NCBI GenBank assembly: GCA_038087875.1
Contig: CM075988.1
Location: 8,620,001 to 8,684,000, forward strand
DNA: 64,000 nucleotides
Reading direction: 5' to 3'
DNA from: Malacoraja senta
Lineage: Eukaryota
Part shown: positions 1 through 12,389 of the stretch, in pieces
Numbering within the stretch: the stretch's first letter is position 1
Layout of the letters: each line of letters opens with the position of its first letter
Notes under the pieces: generated by a model
The model's database searches: none
The model's input: the letters and a program-made list of their open reading frames with translations, nothing else
What the model was told of the DNA's origin: nothing
Position numbers and translations under genes: made by a program

Positions 1-485
1 AAAGATAGTCCAAGCGTCTCCAATCAGGTAGATAGTCGTTCAGGACTGCTCTCTAGTTGTAGTAGGATGGTTCAGTTGCCTGATAACAGCTGGGAAGATA
101 CTGCCCCTGAATCTGGAGGTGTCAAGTCAAGTCACTTTTATTTCCATAGCAAATTTAAAAAAAAACTCTCGTTGGCCAAAGTGCTTTACATTGGTGGAGG
201 TACTAACGCTATGCAACAGTGGTTCATAGATTAAGTACATACATAAATACATACATATAGCCCTCCCTCAGAGGACGTCAAGAAAGGCTTGAGAGTAAAG
301 ATGAGTTTTAAGTCTCGACTTAAAGGAGTCAATGGAGGGGGCAGTTCTGATGGGAAGAGGGATGCTGTTCCACAGTCTAGGAGCTGCAACCGCAAAGGCT
401 CGGTCGCCTTTTCACACTTCTATACATTTTTCCTGATGGGAGAGAGGAGAAGAGTGAGTGGCCAGGGTGAGACTCATCCTTGATA
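1..485 (-). mobile_element. Rex1/Babar-like LINE 3' fragment, split by an L2 insertion (122-409)
   Basis: 1-121 and 409-485 join to match the uninterrupted copy near 44790-44950 (atctggaggtgt...tttcacacttctatac). Confidence 0.7.
122..409 (-). mobile_element. L2 LINE 3' end
   Basis: Minus strand reads GDRAFAVAAPRLWNSIPLPIRTAPSIDSFKSRLKTHLY, the L2 ORF2 C-terminus, followed by a 3' UTR and (CTTGA)n tail. Confidence 0.85.
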
Positions 486-489
486 AAGT

Positions 490-605
490 AGGAGGAAACA
501 TGGGCATACGGAGGAAATCCATGCACTCAGAGAGAAAACTTGCAAACTCCACACAGACAGCACCTGAAGACACGATCAATACTGGGTCTCTGCACTGAGA
601 GACTG
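490..605 (-). mobile_element. Degenerate HE1-like V-SINE fragment
   Basis: gcaaactccacacagacagcacc block is shared with the other SINE copies. Confidence 0.6.
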
Positions 606-1259
606 ATAACAGATGGTAGATAACATACCTTTTTCCTAATGGGAGAGTGGAGATGAGGGGAGTGGCCAGGGTGCCTGCAAGGTCCCTCTTTGCTCTTGGC
701 AGCCCGTCCGCTGGGTTGGTCTCGGCGGCCCGTCCAGCGTTCAGCTCCGCGGCACATCCCGGGAGACATGAGTGAGTATTGAGGGGGTGATGAAAACATT
801 GAATTGGGGCAAAGAAGCAAGTGCAGTGAAATATTTAACGTGCAGGAGCGCAACAGAAAATTAGTTGGGGAGAAAAAGTTTGATATGCTAAAATTAAAGT
901 GTACTCGGAATTGGCTATTCCCCGTACATGGAACAGATGGAGATGCATCAAAGAACATGTGATATCACCAAAGTCCCAAGAGAAGACTCAAACAGAACAA
1001 CCTGACCACAAGCAGAAAAAGAAAGGTGATATTATGACTAATGGTAGGTCCAAAGATGTAAGTTATTTGTCATTCATTTTCAAACAAGAACATAACATGC
1101 ATATCATTGTGATGTGTATGGACATGAATGATTAGATCAATCTTGGCTCAAGCATTCCTTCCACACAGGTTTCAGAGGTGTAGCAATGCTGTAGCATCAG
1201 TGGTTCTTGATTTTCGAGGTTCTCTTTACATCTTTGGTTCCTCCATTGAGTCATAGAGT

Positions 1260-1655
1260 CACCTTCTCTGTGGATTGTCACCTTGTCATGGTGGAGAAGC
1301 TTGTGTGGTCCTGAGATCTAGAGAGTAATGTAGTCTGGAGCTTTGCCACCCATGGCGGTAAGGACGAGGGGGAGGTCTCTGACAAAGAGCAATCCAACCA
1401 AGACCTCAACGGTAGAACAGGCGGAGGATGATGACTGGCTTTAGTGGAGCCTCACAACGGCTGGGAAGGCGGATGAAGGCTGCAACAGGAAAGGGTCCCC
1501 GGTCGTATTGGACTCCATGCCACTCGCTCCTGACCCAGATCTGTCAAGGACAGTGTGGTGGCTGTCTGTGCACCAGTCTCCCCACGTTAAACAAAGTCAT
1601 GTACAGGTGTCCTCAGGAGAGGACAGTCATACTCGTTTTGAGTGACCGCCGATGA
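1260..1655 (+). mobile_element. Non-autonomous RTE-derived bipartite retroposon (RTE 5' UTR joined to RTE 3' end)
   Basis: 5' part (gtcaccttgtcatggtggagaagcttgtgtggtcc...gacaaagagcaatcc) resembles RTE/Expander 5' UTRs. It ends gagtgaccgccgatga, has no ORF, and tgagtcata occurs at both ends. Confidence 0.55.
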
Positions 1656-1696
1656 GTCATACAGTCATATAGTATGGCTATATGACTCTATGACTC

Positions 1697-1890
1697 TAGG
1701 AAACAGGCTCTTCGGCCCAACTAGACCATGCCAACTAAAATGGCCCATCTACACTAGTCCCATATCCCTCTAAACCTTTCCTATCCATGTAGGAAATGTC
1801 CAAATGTCTTTTAAATGTTGTTACAGTACATGTCCCAACTACCTCCTCTGGCAGCTCATTTCATATACCCACCACCCTCTGTGGAAAGAA
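1697..1890 (-). mobile_element. CR1 LINE 3' end
   Basis: ggaaacaggc..cggcccaac..ccatatccctctaaacc..cccaccaccctctgtg is the CR1 3' end, repeated at 54720 and elsewhere. Confidence 0.8.
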
Positions 1891-2120
1891 GACCCATTCT
1901 AGCTTCCTCTCATGAATGAGCACCACTTTTAATGTGGCCATGCCAAACAGGACAATCCAATGCTTGTTGTTCCCAGTGTGTGTGACAACTTTGAAACTCT
2001 TTGGGGATGTTCCAATAGAGTTTATGAATCTCACTTTCTCTCCATCACATGACTGTTTACCCTCAGTCAGCTCTTCATAAAGTAGCTGCTTTGGAATTCT
2101 GTCATCAGACATTGTTGTGA
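1890..2120 (-). mobile_element. RTE (BovB-like) ORF fragment
   Basis: ORF 1861..2112 MSDDRIPKQLLYEELTEGK is the RTE post-RT motif. Confidence 0.75.
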
Positions 2121-2225
2121 CAAATAAGGTGAGAGGGGGAAAGTAGGTAAGAAATTTTAATCCTGTGCCTTCAGCATTTTGACAAGATATACATTTGGTA
2201 CATGTAAACAGAGACTATATAGAAC

Positions 2226-2431
2226 CAAGGAACTGCAAATCCTGGTTACAAAAGAAGACACAGCGTGCAGGAGTTATTCAGCGGGTCAGGCAGCCTCTGT
2301 GGAGAACATGGATAGGTGACGTTTCGGGTTGAGATGTTCAGTCTGAAGAAGGGTCCCAAACTTAAATGTCACCTATCCATGTTTTCCAGAGATGCTGCCT
2401 GACCTGCTGAGTTACTGCAGCACTTTGTGTG
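2226..2431. mobile_element. Penelope pLTR inverted dimer (palindrome)
   Basis: cagcgggtcaggcagc..ggataggtgacgtttc is mirrored by gtcacctatccatg..gctgcctgacctgctgag. The same sequence is attached to GIY-YIG ORF remnants at 52570 and 59301. Confidence 0.8.
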
Positions 2432-3075
2432 TTCATTGGATGGAAGGTATCAGGCATGGGAAAAAAGGTGCAACTTTTTTGTGGGATGTAACATAGGAGG
2501 ACAAAAACGCCCATTCAGCCCCTCGAGACTGCTCTGCCCTTTAATCATGGCTGATCTATTTAATCATGCAAGAACTGTAGTAATTAATGGGATATCAGTT
2601 TACGTTCAATATTGAGAGATCCTATTGATGTTAAGAAACGTGTGTGATATATGAATCCATTGTTTTGATTTGTTAACGTAGCAGCAAAGATATGAAGGAA
2701 AACAAATACAAATGCACAAACATAAAATGCTAGAAGAACTAAACCAGTCAAGTAGCATCTGTGAAGAGAGAAATTAGTTACTGTTACGCAAACCATTTCT
2801 GAGGAAGGATTGCTGACCTGAAACAAAAACTGTTTTCTCTTTTGATAGATGCTGTTCGACTGGCTGTTCCTCCAGCATTTGTTAGTATTGAATTGATGCA
2901 CATTAAATGTGAAGTGTACAGTTGTACAGGTAGGCAGCGACTGGTTTATTGATATACGGGACATAATGATGAACTATTATGCCTACGTTATATTTTGGTG
3001 TTTACAGTTAAGAGAATCAGAAGTAGATTATGCATAGTTACATTTATAGAACATAGAATAGTACAGCACAGGAAA

Positions 3076-3631
3076 AGGGCCACTTGGGCGATCTAATCCG
3101 CGAGTTCTGGCGAGGTTTCCCTCGACTTATACTCGCAGCACGGCCGACACGAGGTCGTAGGAGGTCTTCGTAACTCTCCTTCATGCTCAAGAGTGGTCTC
3201 CGCATACCCGAGGCCTCAGCTAGGTCGCGGCATTTTTTTCAATATGGTAAAAAAAATGCCCGCGAGTAAAAAAGGTCGCCATGGAAAAAAATCGATACAT
3301 TTTTTAACTCATAGGTTTAGTCGTAGTAGGTCGTATTGGGGCGGCATGTTAGTCGTAGGTAATCGAGGGTAGTCGATGGTAGGCGAAGGTAGTCGTAGAT
3401 AGTCTTCATCATCGTCAAAGGGAGGTCGAAGGAGATCGAAGGAGGTCGTCTTCACTCTCCATTATTCACTGTCCAATTTTCCCGAAGTTAGTCGTAGCTA
3501 GTCGTAGCTAGTCGAAGCTGGCTTTAACATAGTCGAAGCTGGCTTTAACATAGTCGAAGCAGGTCTTAGACATGTCATTTTTTCAAACTCTTGTAAACTC
3601 GCCAATTAGTCGCCCAAGTGGGGCAGCCCCT
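3076..3631. mobile_element. PIF/Harbinger-type MITE
   Basis: TIRs aggg-ccacttgggcga / tcgcccaagtggggcagcccct, right flank TTA. CpG-rich interior with tagtcg repeats. Inserted in a CR1 tail. Confidence 0.75.
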
Positions 3632-4239
3632 TTACTGAACATGATGATAAGTTAAACTAAACTTCTCTGCTCGCATGTGATCCATATCCCTCCATTCCCT
3701 TCATACCCATGTGCATATCTAAGATGCCACCCCAGGCAATACATTAATTGTAGAGTCTGAAGAGGGACCCAGCACAAAACGCTGTCTTCCTTTCCTTCCA
3801 CACATTCTGCCTGACCCACTGAGTTCCTGCAGCACTTTGTGTTTAGTGCAATGCATTTACTGTGCCTGACTGTGAGAGTATGGTTTGTAAACTTTAATTA
3901 CCTGTACAATTTACGTTTTATGTACTTACTTAATAGAAATAATATAATACATAGATAATTATTGTTGTTGTGGGTCTGGTACTTTTTTAGGGGAAGCAAT
4001 ATAGTGAATAACTAGTGTGTTATTTAAGAATATGACTACTGATATTTTATTTCTATCAACCACTGCAGTTACCTGAATGTTATTTACCTTCAACAATGGA
4101 TTTAATGTAGGGTGAGAAATTCTACCCTGTTCACTTTGCTTACTAAATAGCAACATAGCGAAGCTACTGACTTTACACTATACATTGTTTCCTTGAAGTG
4201 TAGGGGGCTGTACAGTCTAAAAGTATCTGATTGATATTA

Positions 4240-4380
4240 CCCAAAACAAACAGCTCCATTGTGTCAACATAACTACAGCCATTTCACTTCAAATGTGTTT
4301 TACCACATTGGCCTTGGAGTGTACTGGGTCCTGCTGGGAACATGAAAGATGCTTTATAGATGGCAGCTCTTTTTTCTCTC
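4240..4380 (+). mobile_element. Old DeuSINE/SacSINE-like 3' relic
   Basis: cttcaaa..cattgg..gggtcctg..tgaaagatgctttataga resembles the L2-derived 3' tail of DeuSINEs; highly diverged. Confidence 0.35.
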
Positions 4381-5034
4381 TTTGAGTATGATACACAGCA
4401 ACTGTGGGAATTGAAATGTGGCTTCATCTGCACAATACATGTATATAAAACATTACCAGGTCTGGTCTACAACAATACATTTTTTATCCGCTGTAAGAAT
4501 GAAATGGTGCTGAGGGAATATTGAATGGGTCCTCGGTGACCAGGAATTCCCTGCAATCATGATATCCTGCAACAACTTAGAACACCAGTGGTGAATTCCC
4601 AATAAATTTACTGGAAAACTGAATACATACTAAGTCTAGTTACTGATTGGAATGGACAATAACCAATATTTAATCGGGTTTCGGAACTTAAAAGCTAAAT
4701 CTGCTTCAGAGAACCGTAACCGTGTTTCATCTCAAGTGTGATCTTCATATTTATTCTTTGAGATATGTTATTATATTATAACTTTCTATTCACTTCTTGA
4801 AGTGGTGACACCAGCCATCTCAAAAATTTAGCAAGTACGAAAAAGGATGACAAGACTTAAGATTACGAAAGTAAATTTGCTACTAATGCTCCAAATACTC
4901 CATTCTGGTGTCCAACCTGCCAGAGGTGTAATACCTGGATATCTTTGGCATCCATGATAAATATTGGTAGATGGCTATTAATGCATCCCAAAGTGGCTCA
5001 ACAACATACTGCATTTACATGGAACATTTAATAC

Positions 5035-5330
5035 AGAACATAGCACAGTACGGCATACAACCGGCACCATCAGCCCACAATCTTTGTGTCCAACATGATA
5101 AACTGATCTCATCTGCCTGTACATGATCCATATCCCTCTATTCCCTGCACTTCCATGTGCCTATCTAAAAACCTCTTAAACGCCACTTTCATATCTGTCT
5201 CCACCACCACCCGTGGTAATACTTTCCAGGCCCCCACCACTCTGCTGTGTAAAAAACTTGCCCCGCATATATCCATTAAACTTTCCCCCTATTACCAGAT
5301 AGCTACGTCCTCTAGTTTTGGACATTTGGA
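5035..5330 (-). mobile_element. CR1 LINE 3' fragment
   Basis: ORF 5176..5361 (GGKFNGYMRGKFFTQ) plus a CR1 3' UTR. Confidence 0.8.
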
Positions 5331-5977
5331 CACTACGGTAAGATGTCGCAGGACTTCTCAATGTAAATTAATGGTATAAAATTGTAGATAATGTCCGATA
5401 ATAGTGGGGATACAGTTGTTTATTTTCCTTTGTGGAGAGAAGTTGTAAGTATCTGAACACTGAAATAGCCTAAAAGAAAACTTGAATAAATTTGCGATGA
5501 CCAGTGACTAGAATTGTGGGCAGAGGTATGGTAACGAATATTTAGATCCAGGTGACGCTTGTCCACAATATAAGTGATACGTGGCAATGGTTCTTGAAGT
5601 ATCTAGTCCACGTTAAAGGCTTAGGCAGTAGATGTGTCAAATGCACAAGGTTTCTGGGGAAGTCTAAGCCAACAACATCGAAGCTTGCACTTTTCAGTGC
5701 TGTTAACCTAAGCCAGAGGGCACACGTGACCAAAAGCTTTATCAAAGTGCTCGGCTTCAAGGTGTAGAAGGCAAGGGCAAAGGAAAGAAATGCCAAACAA
5801 TACATCCACTAGAACCTAAAGTCTCCTTTCACAGGGGATTGTATTCATCTTTCCTTCAAAGAATGTGTTGGACAAATTGATGGGATAGGGTGGGGGTGCT
5901 GGAGTGTAGTTGGAGATGTGGTACAGTGCTGTTAGCAAAGGGGACAGAAGGAGAATAGGGAACAGGTGTCATAAGGG

Positions 5978-6530
5978 AGACACAAAGAACTGCAGATGAT
6001 GGAATCTTGCACAGTAAACAAAGGGCTGGAGTAACACAGCGGGTAACGCAGCATTTCTGGAGACATTTCAGGTCAGGGCTCTTCTTCAGATTTAGAGAGG
6101 GGTAAGAACTGGACAAGAAGTTGGGTCTCTGGACAAGAAGCCTGGCAGGTGAAAGTTGGAGGAATAAAGAAATTATGCTGGTTTATACCAAAGATAGACA
6201 TTCCAAAATGTCACCCACCCTTTTCCTCCAGAGATGCTGCCTGACCTGCTGAGTCACTCCAGCACTTTGTGTCTATTGTGAAAACTGGATACAAGTTAGG
6301 AGGTTTAGATTGCAGATGAATAGGAGACAAAAGGGGGTAAAAGGAGACAAGGAGATTAAAGATAAGAAGGAAAGAGTAATGAAAGAGGAGTAAAATGTAA
6401 AACCAGAGAAAGGGATATTGGAATGGGAGGTGGAAGGGGGTGCAGAATAGTGGGATAACTGGGTGTGCGGGGTTGGGAGGGGGGGAATTGTGATAACTTG
6501 GGTCTGTGATAACTGTGTGCAGCACCATTT
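5978..6530. mobile_element. Penelope pLTR copies and purine-rich pLTR remnant
   Basis: gaactgcagatg, ctggagtaac and ccagagatgctgcctgacctgctgag blocks in both orientations. Confidence 0.6.
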
Positions 6531-7112
6531 ACATGTGAACAGACAGGAGGCTCCGATTATATCGGGGAAGTTGAGAGGAATTAGTTACTCAGCAAAGGAG
6601 CACCGTTAGGGTCTCGGCGGCCAAGCTAATTCTCTCTGTACATTAATGTGCTTGAGTAATATTCCTGTTTTATATGAGGATTTAACTTATCAAATTAAAT
6701 ATTAATGGTTGCAAGCTAACAGTCAGGCAGCATAGCGCTGGTGATACATATTAAGTGACAGGGAGAAACGTGCTAATTTTTGAAGGGTTCTGGAGAGGGC
6801 TCATGCTTAAGACTTTAACCTTCCCCAGACAAGGACCAAACCTCCTGTGCTTTTATAACTTTCATTTTATATTTGCAGAATTTGTATTTCCTGTTTTTAT
6901 TTAATTTTACTTCTGCCTATTCGGTGGAGGTACAAATGTCCCTGCCTGCAAGTGACAGGGATGCAGCATTAATTACACAGCAGGCAAGAAGAGAGAGATA
7001 TCGAAGCCCATCAATGTATTAATACGCATCCTCCTCTCAGCCGCAGTGACATCTCCCAGTGTTAGTTGTTAGACTTGGGCCTCAGCTTCTCTGCGAAAGT
7101 CACAGGGGTCTA

Positions 7113-7390
7113 TGCCAGATTCAGGGACAGTTTCTACCCAGCTGTTATCAGGCAACTGAATCACCCTAACACACTGAGAGCAGTGCTGAACTACTATCTA
7201 CCTCATTGGTGACCCTCGGACTATTCTTGATTGGGCTTTGCTGGCTTTACCTTGCATAAAATGTTATTCCCTTATCATGTATCTATACACTGCAAATGGC
7301 TCGATTGTAATCATGTATTGTCTTTCCGCTGCACACAACAAAAGCTTTTCAGTGTACCTCGGTACACGTGACAATAAACTAAACCAAACT
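7113..7390 (+). mobile_element. Rex1/Babar-like 3' end
   Basis: ccagattcagggacagtttc..cagctgttatcaggcaactgaa..gtgacaataaactaaac; same family as 1-485, 17335-17675 and 44590-45005. Confidence 0.7.
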
Positions 7391-7434
7391 ATGCCACGAA
7401 CAAGCATCAAATGTAACTTTGTCAGTTAGAAACT

Positions 7435-7620
7435 AGTTCAGTTCAGTTTAGTTTATTGTCACGTGTACTGAGGTCGAGTGAAAAGCTTTTTGTTGCATGC
7501 CAACCAGTCAGCAGAAAGACAATACAAGATTACAATCAATCCATTTATGGTGTATAGATATATGATCAGGGAATAATGTTTAGTGCAAGGTAAAACTAGC
7601 AAAGTCCGGTCAAGGATCCA
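7435..7620 (-). mobile_element. Rex1/Babar-like 3' end, tail-to-tail with 7113-7390
   Basis: gtttattgtcacgtgtactgagg.. is the reverse complement of the preceding tail. Confidence 0.7.
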
Positions 7621-8054
7621 ACCGATCAATTAAAAATTGAGAGCCTTAGAATGGAAAGGGAGGGAAAGGTCTCTTCATTTTTGCATTTGAAAAAGTGATT
7701 AGTCTATCAAAACACGAGAGCATGTCAACAAGATTAATGAGATTGTGTCCGGTGACATCTGCTATACTTAGCCAAGCAGACAGCAGATATTCCCGCTCGA
7801 AGGAATGGGGATACAACATGCAAATTCTAATCTATATGTAGATTGGAGTAAGCGGGGTTAAACAGTGTGATACATCATGAGGTTTAACACAGGAATCTGA
7901 GCTCACACAGAACGGCACATGCACATTCTGGAATTTGTGTTAAAAAGCAAGTATTTACTTTTTCCCTTTCCACATCTTGTGGGAAATGATCACATTAGAC
8001 AGAGGGGGATAAGGTCATGGCTCATGAACCAGGCATTTCCATAACACCTCAAAT

Positions 8055-8320
8055 CATTTTAAACCCAGTAAAATTACTTTGAAATGTTGTAATGCCGAAA
8101 AAACACTGCAGACAATTTCCACACAGCACAGCCACAGAAGCACAAGTGGAATAAATAACAGTTCATATTGGTAATAAGCAGACAGGAAAGTGAATGCTTG
8201 GGAGCACTCCCACTCACCTTCGAAGAGCATTATGTACCTGGAAGATCTGCTTATGCATTGATCCTTATCTAAGCATTTCTCTATGACCCTCGGCACTGAG
8301 TGATAAGATAAAAGCACAGA
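8055..8320 (-). mobile_element. DeuSINE (SacSINE1-like) relic
   Basis: tactttgaaatgttgtaatg..gcagacaatttccacacagca is homologous to 25645-25850 and resembles the Deu domain. Confidence 0.45.
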
Positions 8321-8458
8321 CATTTGGGGAATTGGTAGATAAACAGTTCTTGCTTTTGTCTCATCTTGTTTTATTTTTCTTACTTTCGTTCCTGCCCTCT
8401 TCCCCTGCTGTGTGAAACAGCTTTGGCCGCAAGGGTAGGTTCAATGAATCCACCTAAA

Positions 8459-8764
8459 GTGGTGCAGTGTTAGGGTTGATGCCTTACAGCACCAGAAGCA
8501 TAGGTTCGATCCTGGCTATGGGTGCTGTCTGTACGGAGTTTCTACGTTCTCCCTGTGACTGCATGGGTTTCCTCTGGGTGCTCTGGTTTCCTCCGACACT
8601 CCAAAATCGTACAGGTTTGTAAGTTAGTTGCCTTCGGTAAAAATTGTAAATTGTCTCTAGAGTGTAGGATAATGCTAGTGTTCGGGGGTGATCGCTGGTC
8701 GGCGCAGACTTAGTTGGCCGAAGGACCTGTTTCCATGCTGTCTCTCTAAAGTCTAATGTTTAAA
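8459..8764 (+). mobile_element. HE1-like tRNA-derived V-SINE
   Basis: B-box GGTTCGATCC, V-domain gggtttcctctgggtgctctggtttcctcc, CR1-derived tail ggccgaaggacctgtttcc. Confidence 0.85.
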
Positions 8765-9217
8765 GCCTGTTGCTAATCTCAGTTTTACTTCATTGGGGTC
8801 TAATTGTAATACCCCATTGGTATTGGCCAGGGTACAGTTACTTAGATGTAAATGAAACATGATCCTTTCTTGGTTGGTACCTGTGTACATGTTGGTGAGG
8901 ACTTGATGCAATTGAACCAATGCTAACATCCGGGGCTAGTGCATCTCTCACACTGTGGTCCCATACTTCTCATCTGGTCCAGATGAGGGATCTTTGCTAA
9001 TATATATAATATAGCTATTGAGTAGAGCCTCCTTTGGTCTGCTCAATAGCTTGAAAACAGCTCAGTGGACACCAAGAAGTTCTCATCCATTAAAAACCCT
9101 TAACCTTGTATCCATGTCTGTCCAACACTTGATAAAAGTGCATTGTCTCAAGCCAGCTTTCGGGATAGGTATAGGAAGCTCAATGTAATGAGAGATCAGT
9201 GCAGAGGCTTTGTGAAG

Positions 9218-9420
9218 GAAGGAACTGCAGATGCTGGTTTATATTGAAAATACACACAAAGTGCTGAAGTAACTCAGTGCGTCAAGCAGCATTTCTGGAG
9301 AAAATGAATAGGTGATGTTTTGGGTCTGAAGAAGGGTTCTGACCCGAAACGTCACCTATACTTTTTCTCCAAAATGTTGCCTGTCCCACTGCGTTACTCC
9401 AGCATTTTGTGTCTATCTTC
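9218..9420. mobile_element. Penelope pLTR inverted dimer with intact hammerhead-like core
   Basis: Palindromic arms around ggtCTGAAGAagggttctgacccGAAACGTCacc (9323-9356). Confidence 0.8.
9323..9356 (+). ncRNA. Minimal type-I hammerhead ribozyme motif (PLE-associated)
   Basis: CUGAAGA, helix II GGGU/ACCC, GAAAC, GUC cleavage triplet, helix I GGU/ACC. Confidence 0.6.
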
Positions 9421-10289
9421 AGTGCAGAGGCTAGTTTTACAAATGGGAAGTCGGTGGGTAAGAATCCCTTTCAGATATCGCATCAATCCTTGAATGCAAG
9501 TGCAGCAAACGGTCCTCTATAGTTGTTGTTAGTAGTACATATGATGGGACACAGGATGGGTGGCAGGAGGGCTGGGTGGGTGGGGGTGGGGAGCAGCCAT
9601 AGCTTATGGTTGTGGCAACTGTCTGAGAATATGCATAAAGCTTGTTTGCAGTTTGATTAATTGGATCAGAATTCCAGTCCAGTCCAGAATTATTCCATTA
9701 CCGCCACTTAATATTATGCAGGACATCTGCCAATGGGTATTTTGTCATTAATGAACCTCATCCCTTAAGTAAGTCCAGCTGTTCGTGGTGTATTTTGCTT
9801 AGTTAACGTTTAATCCTCTCCCAGCACTCCAAATGGAGATGAAAGCAGAGATCTTTTAACTGTTTTTTGTCCCTTTTTTAATACTATTAGTCACATGTAA
9901 ATATGGATTTAATAGAGGTCACTTTTGGTCTTGCGTCAAACAGCCTATAGTAATTCAACACCCGATGTTGCATCTCCCTCTACTTTCAATTCTTTGGACA
10001 TGATGGAGGGAAGAGATACACTGGCTTGTCTCGCTCTATTGTGCAGTCAGAATTCATCTACCACCCCATCCCCACCAGTTTAAAATGTATCGGACATCAA
10101 ATGCTGGAGTAACTCAGTGGGTCAAGCAGCATCCCTTGAAGATATGGACGTTTTGGCTCAAGACACTTAAAATCTATTGCTGAAATTGCTATTGTTTTCA
10201 ATTATCCCATTGAATGCTATTCAGCAGTAGTAACTTTAAAAATTAAGTTTAATTTATTTTGAATGTAAAGAATGGTCCCGATCCGAAAG

Positions 10290-10640
10290 TAGACAAATGT
10301 GCTGGAGAAACTCAGCGGGTGCAGCAGCATCTATGGAGCGAAGGAAATAGGCAACGTTTCGGGCCTAAACCCTTCTTCAGACTGATGGAGGGTGGGGGGG
10401 GGGTGGTGGCGGGGAGAAGAAAGGAAAAGGAGGAGCCCGAGGGCTGAGGGAGAGCTGAGAAGGGGAGGAGACAGCAAGGGCTACCGGAAATTGGAGAATT
10501 CAATGTTTATGCCGCTAGGGTGCAGACTGCCCAAGCGGAATATGAGATGCTGCTCCTCCAAATTCCGGTGGTGCTCACTCTGGCCATGGAGGAGGCCCAG
10601 GACAGAGAGGTCGGATTCGGAATGGGAGGGGGAGTTGACA
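10290..10640 (-). mobile_element. Penelope 3' fragment (GIY-YIG C-terminus plus pLTR), nested in another pLTR
   Basis: Homologous to 59499-59714. Hammerhead-like motif at 10351-10382. Confidence 0.8.
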
Positions 10641-11354
10641 TCTTTTTCTCCAGAGATGCTATCCGACCCACTGAGTTACTACAGCACTTTGTGTCAATCT
10701 TTGGTATAAACCAGCATCTGCAGTTCTTTGTTTCTACATAGTAACTTTACCACATTTGATATTGTTGTTACCACTATTTCCTGTATCATCCCACTAGAAG
10801 TAATCACTGCTCCTGGATTATAGAAGCCTGCTGATACCGCGGCCTATTATCTATCTGTTGACAAGTTATTTGACCAGCTGCAGCATTACATTCCTGTTCG
10901 ATCCCTGTACGAACTCACTCTCTGCAATCCAATCAAGCCAGGATCTTGTTTTCTGTAGAAATAAGGAACTGAAGATGCTGGAGTCCAAAACTTCTGGAGT
11001 AACTCAGCAGGTCAGGCAGCAACTCTGGAGAATGTGGATAGGTAATGTTTCAGGTCGAGACCTTTCTTTGGACTCATTTTTCGTTTTCTGTTCCTGCCTT
11101 AAAGCCACTTTTGGACGATGATGTTGTTCAGCCCAAACTGTGTTAAACACAGAAATAAATGTTTGCTACCTTCCCAACGTACTGCAAGCCTATTTAGTTG
11201 AACCAACTAAAGGACAAATTATCTACCCTATTTATGCCTCTCATAATTTTATATACTTCTGTCGAATCTTTTAGCTCATCTCTTCTTTGTAAAATCTCGC
11301 TGTTCATGACTTGTTGCCCACAAAAGAATTGTGTTTGTAAATCATTGTTATTGC

Positions 11355-11647
11355 AGATACAACATGGAAAACAGGCCGTTCGGCCCTACAAGTCCATGCC
11401 AACCATCGATCACCCTTTCACATATGTTCAATGTTATTCCAATTTCTCATCCACTCCTTACACACTAGAGTGCAATTTACAGAGGCCATTTAACATACTA
11501 ACCCACAGGTCTTTGGGATTTGTGAGGAAACCGAAGCACCCAGAGGAAACCCACACGGTCACAGGGAGAACACACAGACAGTACCCGTGATCCAGTCTCT
11601 GGTACTGTGAGACAGCAGCACTACCAGCTGCACCACTGTGCTGCCCC
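11355..11647 (-). mobile_element. HE1-like V-SINE
   Basis: Reverse complement of the SINE consensus seen at 40389 and 62077. Confidence 0.8.
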
Positions 11648-12389
11648 TTGGTTAACCAGAGCCTTGGAACATACTGAGAATGTTAAAGATGTTATGCAGT
11701 TCAATTATATTGTTCGTGTTATACCATTGATTAGATGAGATATTTAATGAACAAAAGTGTACTGTGACTTTCAATAGTCAATATGGAAAGTGGGCAGGTC
11801 CTGGTCTCAGAAAGGGGCTGGATTTGACCAAGTGAATTCAATGTGAGACATGCAGGAAAGATCAAGACCAGCATAAAGGACATCACACCATCAGCAGCCT
11901 GGGATCAGCTGTTTGTTCAACTGATACAATAGCTCCTCAGTGGCAGTTTATATACAAAGAATTCTGACATCAGAAGAATTCCCAAAAAGCTATAGACAGA
12001 ATTATTTATCAAATCCATCCTGCGGCAAACTCAAGTGAACTTCAAAAAATTCTTCACAGCAGCCAGCAGACAGGCACTAAGGGATTTCCAATAAACACTG
12101 TGGATTAGTGGCAGTAATATGCATCCATTCTGGACTCTGCAGCCAAAGGAATCATATTAAATTATTATATCCTGTTACATTATTGAAGGTCCCAATTCAA
12201 CAATGAGCAAATCCAGTTAGAACTATAAAGATTGTGCAAAGTACCACTTCTAAGTCAGAACAATTCATCAAAATTGAAAACAAATCACTCGTTGCTGAAC
12301 ACAAAGGCGAGATAAGTTGTTGTCCGAGTATTGAGATGTTAACATGAAGGTTCGATCCCATGTTCTAGGCTAACATCAAATTATTCCAA

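Noticed and set aside
899..1135. ORF with a GTAAGT donor near 1058
   Set aside because: No good acceptor and no recognisable homology.
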